Below are positions 8,451-16,928 of a DNA stretch of 64,000 nucleotides, piece after piece (the stretch's first letter is position 1; each line of letters starts with the position of its first letter). The notes below the pieces were generated by a model. The model searched no databases. It worked only from the letters and a program-made list of their open reading frames with translations, and had not been told where the DNA came from. The DNA is from Planctomycetota bacterium. Lineage in GTDB: Bacteria > Planctomycetota > MHYJ01 > JACPTZ01. The stretch spans positions 4,290 to 68,289 of the forward strand of contig JACPTZ010000154.1 in assembly GCA_016192525.1 (NCBI GenBank). The letters are read 5' to 3'. The position numbers and the translations under genes were made by a program.

Positions 8451-11400
8451 CTACTTCCCCTTGTCCTTCGGGGCCAGGTCGGCGAGTTCTTCCGCCGTCA
8501 GAACGAGGGGCACCCCCTTCCACGCCGGGTCGTCGGCCGCGAAGGGATTGGGGATGCCGGGCTCCATCGGGTCGAAGCGCAGTTCGCCGGCCCACTTCGT
8601 CTCGTGCTTGTTCGCCTGGATGAGCAGGTCCTTCCGCTTGCGGATGTCCATCTCACCGCGGGCCGCGCGCAGGGCCAGTCGCCACAGGATCCACTGCGGC
8701 CAGCCGTCCGTTTCGTCGGCAGTCACCAGGACCTCGCACACGGCCTTCGCGGCGTCGAAGTCGTGGGCCGCAAGAAGCCGGGCCACGTCATCGGAGTCCT
8801 CGGAGCCTGAAGCGGTGGCAGGATCGGTCCCCGCGGTCGGCGGGGTGGGAGGAGGCACCGGCGGCGGCGGAGTCGGATCTTTCACGACCGGCGCCGGACC
8901 GGTCGGCGAGGTCGTCGGCTCGGTCGTCGAAGTCGTCGGGGTGGTCCCGGCCACGGAGCTGGTCGTGGGGGTCGTCCCGGCCGGCGACTTGACGAAGGAC
9001 TTGAGTTCCGGGATTTGCTCGACGATCGCCTCCTTGAGCGAGGGATCGGCATCCAGTTCGAGGAGATGGCCCCAGTCGCGCTTGATCTTCCGGTACAACC
9101 CCGGATCGTTGCGCTTCTTGGCCTCCCACTGGTCGAACGTGATTTTCCCGCGCAGATAGAGCGCGGGAACGCAGTCCTTGTTGGCGTCCAGGGCCCGCTT
9201 GAGATTGTCGTCCGCGCCCTTGAGGTCGTTGTTCGTGTGGTACAGCGTCGCCAGCCCGGTGTAGGCGGGGACGTAGTCGTCGTCGATCGCCAGCACCTGC
9301 TGAAAGGTCGACTTGGCCTCGAGCTGTTTCTCGCCGAGGAACTCCGCCTCCCCCTTCGTGATCAGGGCTTCGAGGTTACGGGGCTCGAGGGCGAGCACCT
9401 TCTGCACGTACTCCACGGCGTGGATCACGTCCTTGTTCGAGAGGGCCAGACGTCCCAGGGCCAGGTTTCCCAACGGATCTTCTCCGTAGAGCTCCACCGC
9501 TCGGTCATAGTATGGCTTGGCGTCGGCGGCCCCCTTTCCGCCGACATTCATGGACTCGGTGACGCGGCCCATCCAGAACCACGCCAGGGCGTTGGACTCG
9601 TTTAAGGTCTTCGCCTTGTCGAAGTCGTCCTTCGCCTTGGCGTAGTTGCCCTTGGCGAAGTGGATGGTCCCGCGCCGGACGTAGGGCATGGCGTACTTGG
9701 GGGCGGCCTCGATGGCGCGCTGGATGACCGACATCTTCTGGTCGAGGTCGGTCGCACCGCTCAGTTGTTCGAGGATGCTGTCCGCCTTGCCGCGGGCCAC
9801 CTTGAGCACTGCTTCTTCGGCCTGCTGCCGTCGGTACTCGTCGAGCCCGAACCAGTACCAGAGACCGGCGACGATGGAGATGAAGGAGGCGGCGAGGCCG
9901 ATCTGGAGTTTCCGGCTCTTCTGGATCGTCCGCTGCAGCCGGTAGCCGAAGCTCGGCGGACGGGCGGAAATCGCGTCCCCCTTGAGGTACCGTTCGAGAT
10001 CGTCCGCGAACTCCCCGGCCGTCGAGTATCTCCGGTCCTTCGGCTTCTCGAGCACCTTCTGCATGATGATGTCGAGGTCCCGGTCGCAGCCGGGAATGAG
10101 GGTGGTGAGCCGCGGGGCGTCGTCGCGGTTGACCCCCTGGAGAATCTCATACACCGTCGCGCCTTCGTGCGGCGGGCGGCCGGTGAGGACGTGAAAGAGC
10201 GTGGCGCCGAGCGAGTACACATCGCTCCGCTGCTCGAGCTCCTTGATGGCGCCGCGGGCCTGCTCCGGGGCCATGTAGTACGGCGTCCCGAGGACCGTGC
10301 CCGACAGGGTGAACCCCTGCTCGTTCTTCAGCTCCTTGGCGAGACCGAAGTCGGCGACGTGCGCGTGACCTTCGATGTCGATCATGATGTTCTGCGGCTT
10401 GATGTCGCGGTGAATGATCCCCTTCTCGTGGGCGTGATGCAGAGCCCGGGAGGACTCAATGAGATACTTGAGGACGTTCTGGGTCACGGGATCGCTGCGC
10501 TTGCAGGCGATCGAGAGCGCCGGGGACCCCGGCGCGGGGACGTCGCTGGGGAGCGCCTCGCCCGGTTTGCCGACCTTCGAACTCGGCGGGGTGCCCGCGG
10601 CCGGCGCCCCGGTCAGGAGACTCATCATCCGGCTCCGGAGCGGGCCGCCCGAGGAGGCGGCGCGATTCTCGGCGATCCACCGGTCGAGCGTCACCCCCTT
10701 GATGAATTCCATCGTGAGGTAGTGAATCCCCTGCTCCACGCCGACCTCGAACACCCGGATGATCCCCGGATGATTCAACTGGCCGCAGGTCGACGCCTCC
10801 TTCTTGAACCGTTCGATGTCTTCGGTGGTAAGGTCGGTGCTCTTCAACACCTTGAGCGCCACTTCGCGCTGCATGTCCTCCTGGAACGCCTTGAACACGA
10901 TGCCCATTCCCCCGCGGCCCAGCTCCTTGTCGAGACGGAATTTTCCGAACTTCTCCCCGACCTTGAGGACGGGGCTGCGCGTCTTGGAGGCGCCGGGCCC
11001 GCTCACCCCGCCGGCCTTCGAGGGGGAGGAGGCGAGGCTGGTCCCCACGCGGGGGCCGGAAGGCGGCGTCGCTGAACTCCGCGTCGGAGGCGTCATCGTG
11101 GCGCGGGTCGGCGGAGGGGTCGGCGTCGCGGGAGGGGAGATGGAGGACGAGGGCGCGCGCTTGATCGTCATCGCGGTGTCGGCCGCCTCATCCCTCTCGT
11201 CGTCGGGCGGCGAAGTCGGCGGCGGAGGCGCGGGCGCGGCCCGCTTCATCGTCACGTCGAGCTGTTCCGGGAGGTGGAATTTGAGGAAGTCTCCCGATTT
11301 CGGGTCGACCACCAGGGTGTCGTGCGCGGCCCCGGGGGCCGATCCGACGGCCGCGGCAAGAGGTCTCCCGCACTGCGGACAGGGGGCGGGGGGACGCTCA

Positions 11401-11783
11401 TCCGCGCCGATCACGTTGAACTCGGAGTTGCAGCCGACGCAGCGGAAGCACTTCTTCCCCTGCGTCCCGAGTACGTGGGAGAGTCGCTGCGGAGAAAGGA
11501 AGCCCTTCTGGACCAGAAGTTGTCCGAGCGGGACGGACACGCCCAGCGCGCGCTGCTCGGTCTGGAGGCGCATCCCCTCCTGGAGTTGCTCGCGGGTGAT
11601 GAACCCGTAGAGTACGGCGAGGTCGCCGAAGAGAAGCCGATCCGTGTCCTCGGGAGAGCGCGGCGGTCGCGGGAGCGGAGAGCCGGGGCGGGGCGTTTCG
11701 GCGTCGGGCGGTGGCGGCGTCGAAACATCCTGCGGAAGCGGGGCCGGCTGACGCTTGATCGTCTCGCCGAGTCCTTCGTCCAT
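8451..11783 (-). CDS. Ser/Thr protein kinase with N-terminal zinc ribbon, single TM and C-terminal TPR repeats
   Basis: CFRCVGCN...CPQCG zinc ribbon. Hanks motifs LGRGGMGIVFKA, VALKVL, HRDIKPQNIMI, DFGLAKE and APE. The kinase core carries a long insert. TPR-like repeats follow the TM (IGLAASFISIVAGLWYWF). Confidence 0.9.
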   Translation of the reverse strand: MDEGLGETIKRQPAPLPQDVSTPPPPDAETPRPGSPLPRPPRSPEDTDRLLFGDLAVLYGFITREQLQEGMRLQTEQRALGVSVPLGQLLVQKGFLSPQRLSHVLGTQGKKCFRCVGCNSEFNVIGADERPPAPCPQCGRPLAAAVGSAPGAAHDTLVVDPKSGDFLKFHLPEQLDVTMKRAAPAPPPPTSPPDDERDEAADTAMTIKRAPSSSISPPATPTPPPTRATMTPPTRSSATPPSGPRVGTSLASSPSKAGGVSGPGASKTRSPVLKVGEKFGKFRLDKELGRGGMGIVFKAFQEDMQREVALKVLKSTDLTTEDIERFKKEASTCGQLNHPGIIRVFEVGVEQGIHYLTMEFIKGVTLDRWIAENRAASSGGPLRSRMMSLLTGAPAAGTPPSSKVGKPGEALPSDVPAPGSPALSIACKRSDPVTQNVLKYLIESSRALHHAHEKGIIHRDIKPQNIMIDIEGHAHVADFGLAKELKNEQGFTLSGTVLGTPYYMAPEQARGAIKELEQRSDVYSLGATLFHVLTGRPPHEGATVYEILQGVNRDDAPRLTTLIPGCDRDLDIIMQKVLEKPKDRRYSTAGEFADDLERYLKGDAISARPPSFGYRLQRTIQKSRKLQIGLAASFISIVAGLWYWFGLDEYRRQQAEEAVLKVARGKADSILEQLSGATDLDQKMSVIQRAIEAAPKYAMPYVRRGTIHFAKGNYAKAKDDFDKAKTLNESNALAWFWMGRVTESMNVGGKGAADAKPYYDRAVELYGEDPLGNLALGRLALSNKDVIHAVEYVQKVLALEPRNLEALITKGEAEFLGEKQLEAKSTFQQVLAIDDDYVPAYTGLATLYHTNNDLKGADDNLKRALDANKDCVPALYLRGKITFDQWEAKKRNDPGLYRKIKRDWGHLLELDADPSLKEAIVEQIPELKSFVKSPAGTTPTTSSVAGTTPTTSTTEPTTSPTGPAPVVKDPTPPPPVPPPTPPTAGTDPATASGSEDSDDVARLLAAHDFDAAKAVCEVLVTADETDGWPQWILWRLALRAARGEMDIRKRKDLLIQANKHETKWAGELRFDPMEPGIPNPFAADDPAWKGVPLVLTAEELADLAPKDKGK

Positions 11784-12032
11784 GGGTGTCCTCCTCGACG
11801 GACCGGAACCGTCCGCCGGACAGGGAGATTATCGGCCAGTTCCGGGAAACGACAACAGCCAAAGCCACCATAATATTACACCGCCCGGGGCCGGCGTCAA
11901 CCCCCGCATTGATCTACAGTTTTCGGGAGGCCCCGGCCGATAATAGAGGTGAGACCGATGGCGGACCCGGGAGCGGGTCCGCTCGACTCCCACCGCGCCA
12001 CACACCGCGCGGGACATCCAAGGAGGGATGTC

Positions 12033-12914
12033 ATGATCGACCCTGCCGGATCGCCGTCCGTCGCCGCCCTCATCCGTGCCCCTTCCTCGGGCGCCGCGCT
12101 TCTCCACAATATCGCCGCAGGAATCCGGATGGGATCCCAGGGACCCATCCCGGTCACGCTGCCGCCCGTCTCGCCGGAGGCCCTGAGCGGGGCCCCGACC
12201 GGACTGGTCAACGATCCCACCCGCCCGACGGTCGCGCTCCCCTCCTTCTCGCCCGACAACGGTGGAGGGACCCTTGATCTGCTCGATTTCTCCTTCTCCG
12301 CCGTTCGGGACCGCGTCGAGATCTCGAATTCCGCTTTCGGGCGGCTCGTCGGCGATTACTCGCGGGAGCAGTTCTCCCTTACGGCGGTCCGGCGGGGCGA
12401 GGACGGGACCAACACGCTGTTGAGGGTGGACTTCTTTCACGAGAGGCTCGTCGCCCGGATCGGCGGGGCTCCGGAAGGCGGACCCGGGAAGGGGCCGGTC
12501 CCCCCGGATGCGGCGGGAGAGGCGGCGAAAGGGCCGCTGGCGGCCGCCCTCAACAACCCCCTCTCGGCCCTCTTCGAGGCCTTCGCCCCGGAGAAGGTGG
12601 CGGGGCGCATCGCCAACTTCGCCGAGGGCGGATACACGCGCTTCCGCAACGGCAACGCCGACACGGAGGGACTCCGCGGCGCCTTCCGCGACTTCATCGC
12701 CCCGTACATCGAGAAGGGGTACAACGAGGCCCTCGGCCTTCTCGGGGACTCAATCCCGGGCGACATCCGCGATCTCCTCTCGAAGACGAAGTCGCTGGTC
12801 GACCAGCGGCTCTCCGCCTTCGTCTCCGGCGGCGCCGCCGAGGCCGAGCCGCCGGAACGCCCGTCCCTCGCGGCTTCCGCGGCTCCGACATCGCTCGTGG
12901 ACCTGACGGCGTAG
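12033..12914 (+). CDS. Hypothetical protein (C-terminal region reminiscent of DUF5610-type proteins)
   Basis: ATG at 12033 is preceded by aggagg (12021-12026). The frame is GC3-rich. C-terminal FAPEKVAGRIANFAEGGY...FIAPYIEKGYNEALGLLG pattern. The track ORF starts earlier, at 11949. Confidence 0.5.
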   Translation: MIDPAGSPSVAALIRAPSSGAALLHNIAAGIRMGSQGPIPVTLPPVSPEALSGAPTGLVNDPTRPTVALPSFSPDNGGGTLDLLDFSFSAVRDRVEISNSAFGRLVGDYSREQFSLTAVRRGEDGTNTLLRVDFFHERLVARIGGAPEGGPGKGPVPPDAAGEAAKGPLAAALNNPLSALFEAFAPEKVAGRIANFAEGGYTRFRNGNADTEGLRGAFRDFIAPYIEKGYNEALGLLGDSIPGDIRDLLSKTKSLVDQRLSAFVSGGAAEAEPPERPSLAASAAPTSLVDLTA

Positions 12915-12976
12915 GGGCGGAGCTCGCCCCCGCCCCGCTGTCGAGCGGCGCTTCCAGCGGCCCGCAGGGCCGCGAA

Positions 12977-13060
12977 GCGAAGGATCGCCAGCCTGGGATG
13001 CAAGCCGGTGCAGGGCTGGTGATCCTTCGCCTCGCCCTGCGGGCGAGGCTCAGGATGACA
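12977..13060. repeat. Partial copy of nested-palindrome element
   Basis: gcgaaggatcgccagcc (12977-12993) pairs with ggctggtgatccttcgc (13014-13030), followed by the ctcgccctgcgggcgag hairpin and gctcaggatgaca. It shares the gaaggatcaccagcc / ctcaggatgaca modules with 38619-38808. Confidence 0.55.
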
Positions 13061-13136
13061 GTCCGAGGTGTGGGCGCATGTGAGGGCCGCGATTCTCTTG
13101 ACGACCCGCCGGGGCGGCGCGAAAATCGCCGCCCGC

Positions 13137-14852
13137 ATGAGCGATCTTCCCTCCGAAAGCGAAATCCGGGCGCGAATCGCCGCCGCTCGCACCCAGGCCG
13201 GTCCGGGCTTCGACATCCCGTACCGGAACGTCGCCGATCTGATCGATCGTCGAGCGGCCGCCACGCCGAGGAAGCCATTCCTTATCTATGTCGACGACGA
13301 CGCCGGGGTGCGGCGCGAGACCCCTTACGTCGCCTTCCGGGACGTGACCGCGCGCATCGCCGGAGCCCTTTACAGCCTGGGAGTACGGCCCGGTGACCGC
13401 GTGGCAACCGTGGGGGTCAATCACGACTCCACGATCCTATTCTACTTCGGGGCCTGGCGACTGGGCGCCTGCGTGGTGCCCATCAACGTCGAAGAGATGA
13501 CCGATCGGAAGCAGTTCCTCCTCGAGAATTCCGGCGCCGTCATAGCGGCCGTGCAGGACGAGTACCTCGCGGAAATCGCGGGACTGCGTTCACGATGCCC
13601 GGCGCTTCGGACCGTGATCCGCCTTTCGGACGGTCCGAACGCCCCGCCCGGCGCCGATGTCGAACTGGCGAAGGCCTGTTCCGCCGCCCGGGAGGCGCCG
13701 GAGACCGACGAGGCCACGCTCGATACCGACGCCTTCCTCGTCTACACCTCCGGCACCACGGGTCCGCCGAAGGGGGTACTCCTCGCCCAGCGCAACCTCT
13801 TCGTCGATGCGAACGGGATCGCGGAGTGGCACCGGTTCACGGACGGTGACGTCCTGATGTGCGTCCTTCCCATCCACCACGTGAACGGCACGGTGGTCAC
13901 GCACTTCACCCCGCTCTACGCCGGCGCCACAACGGTATTGAACCGCCGCTTCAAGGCCAGCACCTTCTGGAAGCGGGTGGCGGAGGAGGGCGTGGCCTGC
14001 GTCAGCGTGGTCCCGACCCTGCTCGAGTTCCTCCTGTCGGCGAATGAGGACATTTCGAAACACGATCTGCGGCGTTTCCGCGGGTTCATCTGCGGGGCGG
14101 GTCCTCTCCTCGTCGACACCGCACGCCGGTTCGAGGAGCGCTTCGGCTTCCCGATCCAGCACGGCTACGGTCTGTCTGAGACAACGTGCTACTCGTGCTT
14201 TCTCCCGGTCGATCTGCCGAAGGGGGAGCACACGGCGTGGCTCACGGCGCACGGGTTTCCCTCGATCGGATGCGCGATCCCGCACAACGAGATGGCGATT
14301 CTGGACGAGGCGGGGAACGAGGCGGCGCCCGGGGTGCGGGGGGAGATCGCCGTCAGGGGTTGGACGGTCTGTGTGGAGTACTACAGGCGACCCGACGCCA
14401 ACACCGCCGCGTTCAAGAGGGGCTGGTTCTGGAGTGGAGACGAGGGATTCTGGAAGCCGGATGCGCAGGGCCGGAAGTACTTCTTCATCACCGGCCGGAT
14501 CAAGGAGGTGATCGCGCGGGGCGGCGTGAAATTCGCCCCGCTCGAGATCGACGAGGTGCTCATCAGTCATCCGAAGGTGAAGTTCGGGATGGCGGTCGGC
14601 TTCGAGAACCGTTTCTATGGCGAGGAGGTGGCGGCCTACGTGGTGCTCAAGGACGGACTGAGCATGTCGGACGAGGAGATCCTGGAGTACTGCCGCCCCC
14701 GGCTCGACTTCAAGCGACAGCCGAAAGTGGTCGTCTTCGGAACCGAGATTCCGTACACTTCGACCGGAAAGCCGAAGCGTCTCGAACTGGCGCGCCGGCT
14801 CGCGCCGGAGCTGGCGAAGCACCGGGAGACGCAGTTTCGGGAACGGAGGTAA
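13137..14852 (+). CDS. AMP-dependent synthetase/ligase (acyl-CoA synthetase family)
   Basis: AMP-binding motif YTSGTTGPPKGV, plus GYGLSET and the C-terminal GKPKR lysine motif. I prefer the start at ATG 13137 (MSDLPSE...) over the track start at 13068. Confidence 0.85.
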   Translation: MSDLPSESEIRARIAAARTQAGPGFDIPYRNVADLIDRRAAATPRKPFLIYVDDDAGVRRETPYVAFRDVTARIAGALYSLGVRPGDRVATVGVNHDSTILFYFGAWRLGACVVPINVEEMTDRKQFLLENSGAVIAAVQDEYLAEIAGLRSRCPALRTVIRLSDGPNAPPGADVELAKACSAAREAPETDEATLDTDAFLVYTSGTTGPPKGVLLAQRNLFVDANGIAEWHRFTDGDVLMCVLPIHHVNGTVVTHFTPLYAGATTVLNRRFKASTFWKRVAEEGVACVSVVPTLLEFLLSANEDISKHDLRRFRGFICGAGPLLVDTARRFEERFGFPIQHGYGLSETTCYSCFLPVDLPKGEHTAWLTAHGFPSIGCAIPHNEMAILDEAGNEAAPGVRGEIAVRGWTVCVEYYRRPDANTAAFKRGWFWSGDEGFWKPDAQGRKYFFITGRIKEVIARGGVKFAPLEIDEVLISHPKVKFGMAVGFENRFYGEEVAAYVVLKDGLSMSDEEILEYCRPRLDFKRQPKVVVFGTEIPYTSTGKPKRLELARRLAPELAKHRETQFRERR

Positions 14853-14880
14853 GGATGGGCTGTGTCGCAGGAGGGGACGG

Positions 14881-15041
14881 GGAAAGCGTAAAACGTGAAA
14901 CGTAAAACGTAAGACGTAAGAAGAAACGGATGTGTCGGCGGCCTCCACGTGTTCCGTTTCTGTTTCTTGTTGTGTCCTCCGTTGTGTTTCCTTCTGTTTC
15001 TGTCTCTGTTTCCTCTTACGTTTCACGTCTTACGTTTTTCC
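14881..15041. repeat. Structured intergenic element (P-type) with acgtaa(a/g)-unit tandem arms
   Basis: Left arm ggaaagcgtaaaacgtgaaacgtaa (14881-14905) matches the reverse complement of ttacgtttcacgtcttacgtttttcc (15016-15041). Inner hairpin agaaacgga...tccgtttct. The core is pyrimidine-rich on the plus strand (GAAAC-rich on the minus strand). Confidence 0.65.
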
Positions 15042-15054
15042 TTCGAGGCCGCCC

Positions 15055-15495
15055 ATGGAACTCGTCAAAGAACTCCCCCTCGCCCATCATCGTGTGCTCC
15101 GGCACACCCTCCTGAAGGGCGCCGATCTGAAGTTCTATACCGCCACCACGCTCAAGCTCTATGACTGGGACCTCACGGACGGGCGGGCGAACTTCGAGAC
15201 CACCGTCTACGCCACGAACGACAGGGGCCAGGCGCTGAAGCTGGACCAGCCCGGCGGGGTGCAGATGTGGCGTTACCTCAAGAAGGAAGAGGCCACGGCG
15301 GGGCATGACGCCCTGATCGAGAACTTCGACAGGCTGATGGGTCTCGCCAAGGCCCCTCCCCCCACGGCGCCGAAACCGGCCGCCGCCCCGGCGGCCGCGC
15401 CGGCGAAGCCCGCGGCCGCCTCTCCTCTCCCGGCTCCAGCATCCACCACGACACCGCAGCCGCCTTCAGCGGACAGCGCACCTCCAAAGTCATAG
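15055..15495 (+). CDS. Hypothetical protein with Pro/Ala-rich C-terminal tail
   Basis: ATG 15055 (MELVKELPLAHH...) lies right after the repeat element. The upstream part of track ORF 14932 is encoded by repeat DNA and is unlikely to be real. Confidence 0.5.
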   Translation: MELVKELPLAHHRVLRHTLLKGADLKFYTATTLKLYDWDLTDGRANFETTVYATNDRGQALKLDQPGGVQMWRYLKKEEATAGHDALIENFDRLMGLAKAPPPTAPKPAAAPAAAPAKPAAASPLPAPASTTTPQPPSADSAPPKS

Positions 15496-15509
15496 ATACT
15501 TGACCTGCA

Positions 15510-16769
15510 TTGTCTTATGACACGGTCCGCGCGACCAATCCACTCGCGACCAGGACGTCGCGTGTCTGGAAGGAATCCCATTATTACATGCAGATGATGA
15601 ATGCACTTGCATCTTACTATCCAAGATGCTACGTTCATTTCATGCGAATTGATAATCACCTCTCCGCCCTGGCGATTCACATGAGGGGCCACAGGACGCA
15701 GGAAGGCGGGGCGTACCGTTGGGAAAGCCCGACGGGCGTCGGTGAGGTGAGATTCGGAGAGAGTGCATTCCGGGACATCTACGCGTCCGCCGTACGCCTT
15801 GGCCGTCGAGTCTTGAGTTCAAGCGGGGTCAAGTTCGCGATCCTGGTTCTGGTGCGAAGCAAGATCAAGCCGGACACGGCGATTCGGGAGTGGAGGAACG
15901 TGGTCGAGAGTATCCTGTCGCCCAGGATCGGAGAGAATCTTGATCTCGGGCGTCCTGCTCTTGTCGTCGTGAATGACGAGGGAGAGTGGATGGATCCGGA
16001 CACCCCGGAGATGAGGAAGGGAATTGGGAAGATCCGCAAGGCGGTCCTCTCTCCGCGTAGGGCTCGGTGGCATGCGCCGCAGGCGTCGACACCAAGACTC
16101 TTTGAGGCGTTCAAGATTCTGTTCGATGCATGGTTGCGCGGGCACGGGCCGATGCCCGTCGGAAAACTGCAGGAATCGGCCGGAATCGCCTATCCCACGA
16201 CGGCGAGGGCGCTGAAGATCCTCGAAGGTCGAGGAGAAATCCTGCGCCACTCGAATCGGAGTGTGGAGATCTCGCGGTTCCCTTCCGAGACGTGGAATGA
16301 GATTCTGCCACGCATCCCCGTCTTCCGCTGCCCGAAAACGTACGTCGACGCTTCAGGGCGCAGACCAGACCCGGAGCACCTTCTCGAACGACTGAGCCGA
16401 CGTACCTGGAACGGGCTGGCCGTGGGGGGAGTGATCGCGGCTCGAAGATGGGATCCCGGCTTCGATCTCCACGGGGTACCCCGACTGGACCTGTGCGTCC
16501 ACATCCCGGCGAACCCTCCCATCTTCGAGGCGCTCTCCAGCATAGAACCCGCGTTGCAGGAAGTCCGCTCGCCGAAGGAAGAGATCGTGCTCGCGATTCA
16601 CCCCATCGGACGCCCCGTGTCTCTCTTCGAGAAGGTCGGGCCGGCGGGTGGCATCCCGTATGCCGATCCAGTGGAGACCCTGCTGGATCTGCATGAGATG
16701 AGGCTGGTGAAACAGGCCGATGAGCTCATCGAACATCTGAAGCGAGGAGGGGACCGTGGGCCTGCTTGA
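15510..16769 (+). CDS. wHTH protein with AbiEi-antitoxin-like C-terminal half and an uncharacterised ~200-aa N-terminal region
   Basis: wHTH-like VGKLQESAGIAYPTTARALKILEGRGEILR. C-terminal pattern GGVIAARRWDP...LDLCVH...GGIPYADPVETLLDLHE resembles AbiEi C-terminal domains (...vsspErtllDl). The 5' 150 nt are AT-rich, so the true start may be at 15588 or later. Confidence 0.45.
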   Translation: MSYDTVRATNPLATRTSRVWKESHYYMQMMNALASYYPRCYVHFMRIDNHLSALAIHMRGHRTQEGGAYRWESPTGVGEVRFGESAFRDIYASAVRLGRRVLSSSGVKFAILVLVRSKIKPDTAIREWRNVVESILSPRIGENLDLGRPALVVVNDEGEWMDPDTPEMRKGIGKIRKAVLSPRRARWHAPQASTPRLFEAFKILFDAWLRGHGPMPVGKLQESAGIAYPTTARALKILEGRGEILRHSNRSVEISRFPSETWNEILPRIPVFRCPKTYVDASGRRPDPEHLLERLSRRTWNGLAVGGVIAARRWDPGFDLHGVPRLDLCVHIPANPPIFEALSSIEPALQEVRSPKEEIVLAIHPIGRPVSLFEKVGPAGGIPYADPVETLLDLHEMRLVKQADELIEHLKRGGDRGPA

Positions 16770-16928
16770 TCCGTTGGACCATCGCTCACGGTCTCCTCAG
16801 CGGACGGGGAATCACCGAGAAGCAGGTGGAGTTGGCTGGAAGCCAACTGCTTGCGGACCTCATCGCGCCATTCGAGCAGCGATGTCGCGAGGGCTGATCC
16901 AAATCGGGGGGAAAACCGACTCCGCGGA

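Noticed and set aside
14881-14930. Tandem acgtaaaacg/acgtgaaacg units (also at 63638-63660) were considered as a possible CRISPR array or minisatellite.
   Set aside because: The period is only 6-8 nt with no unique spacers, there are fewer than about 6 units, and the units form inverted arms of a larger element. This is not CRISPR-like.
15340-15480. Similar Pro/Ala-rich tails (AAAPAKPAAA) occur in the 15055-15495 protein and the 18274-18480 lipoprotein, which could suggest a shared domain or repeat.
   Set aside because: These are low-complexity PA-rich sequences encoded by GC-rich DNA. The similarity is short and expected by composition.
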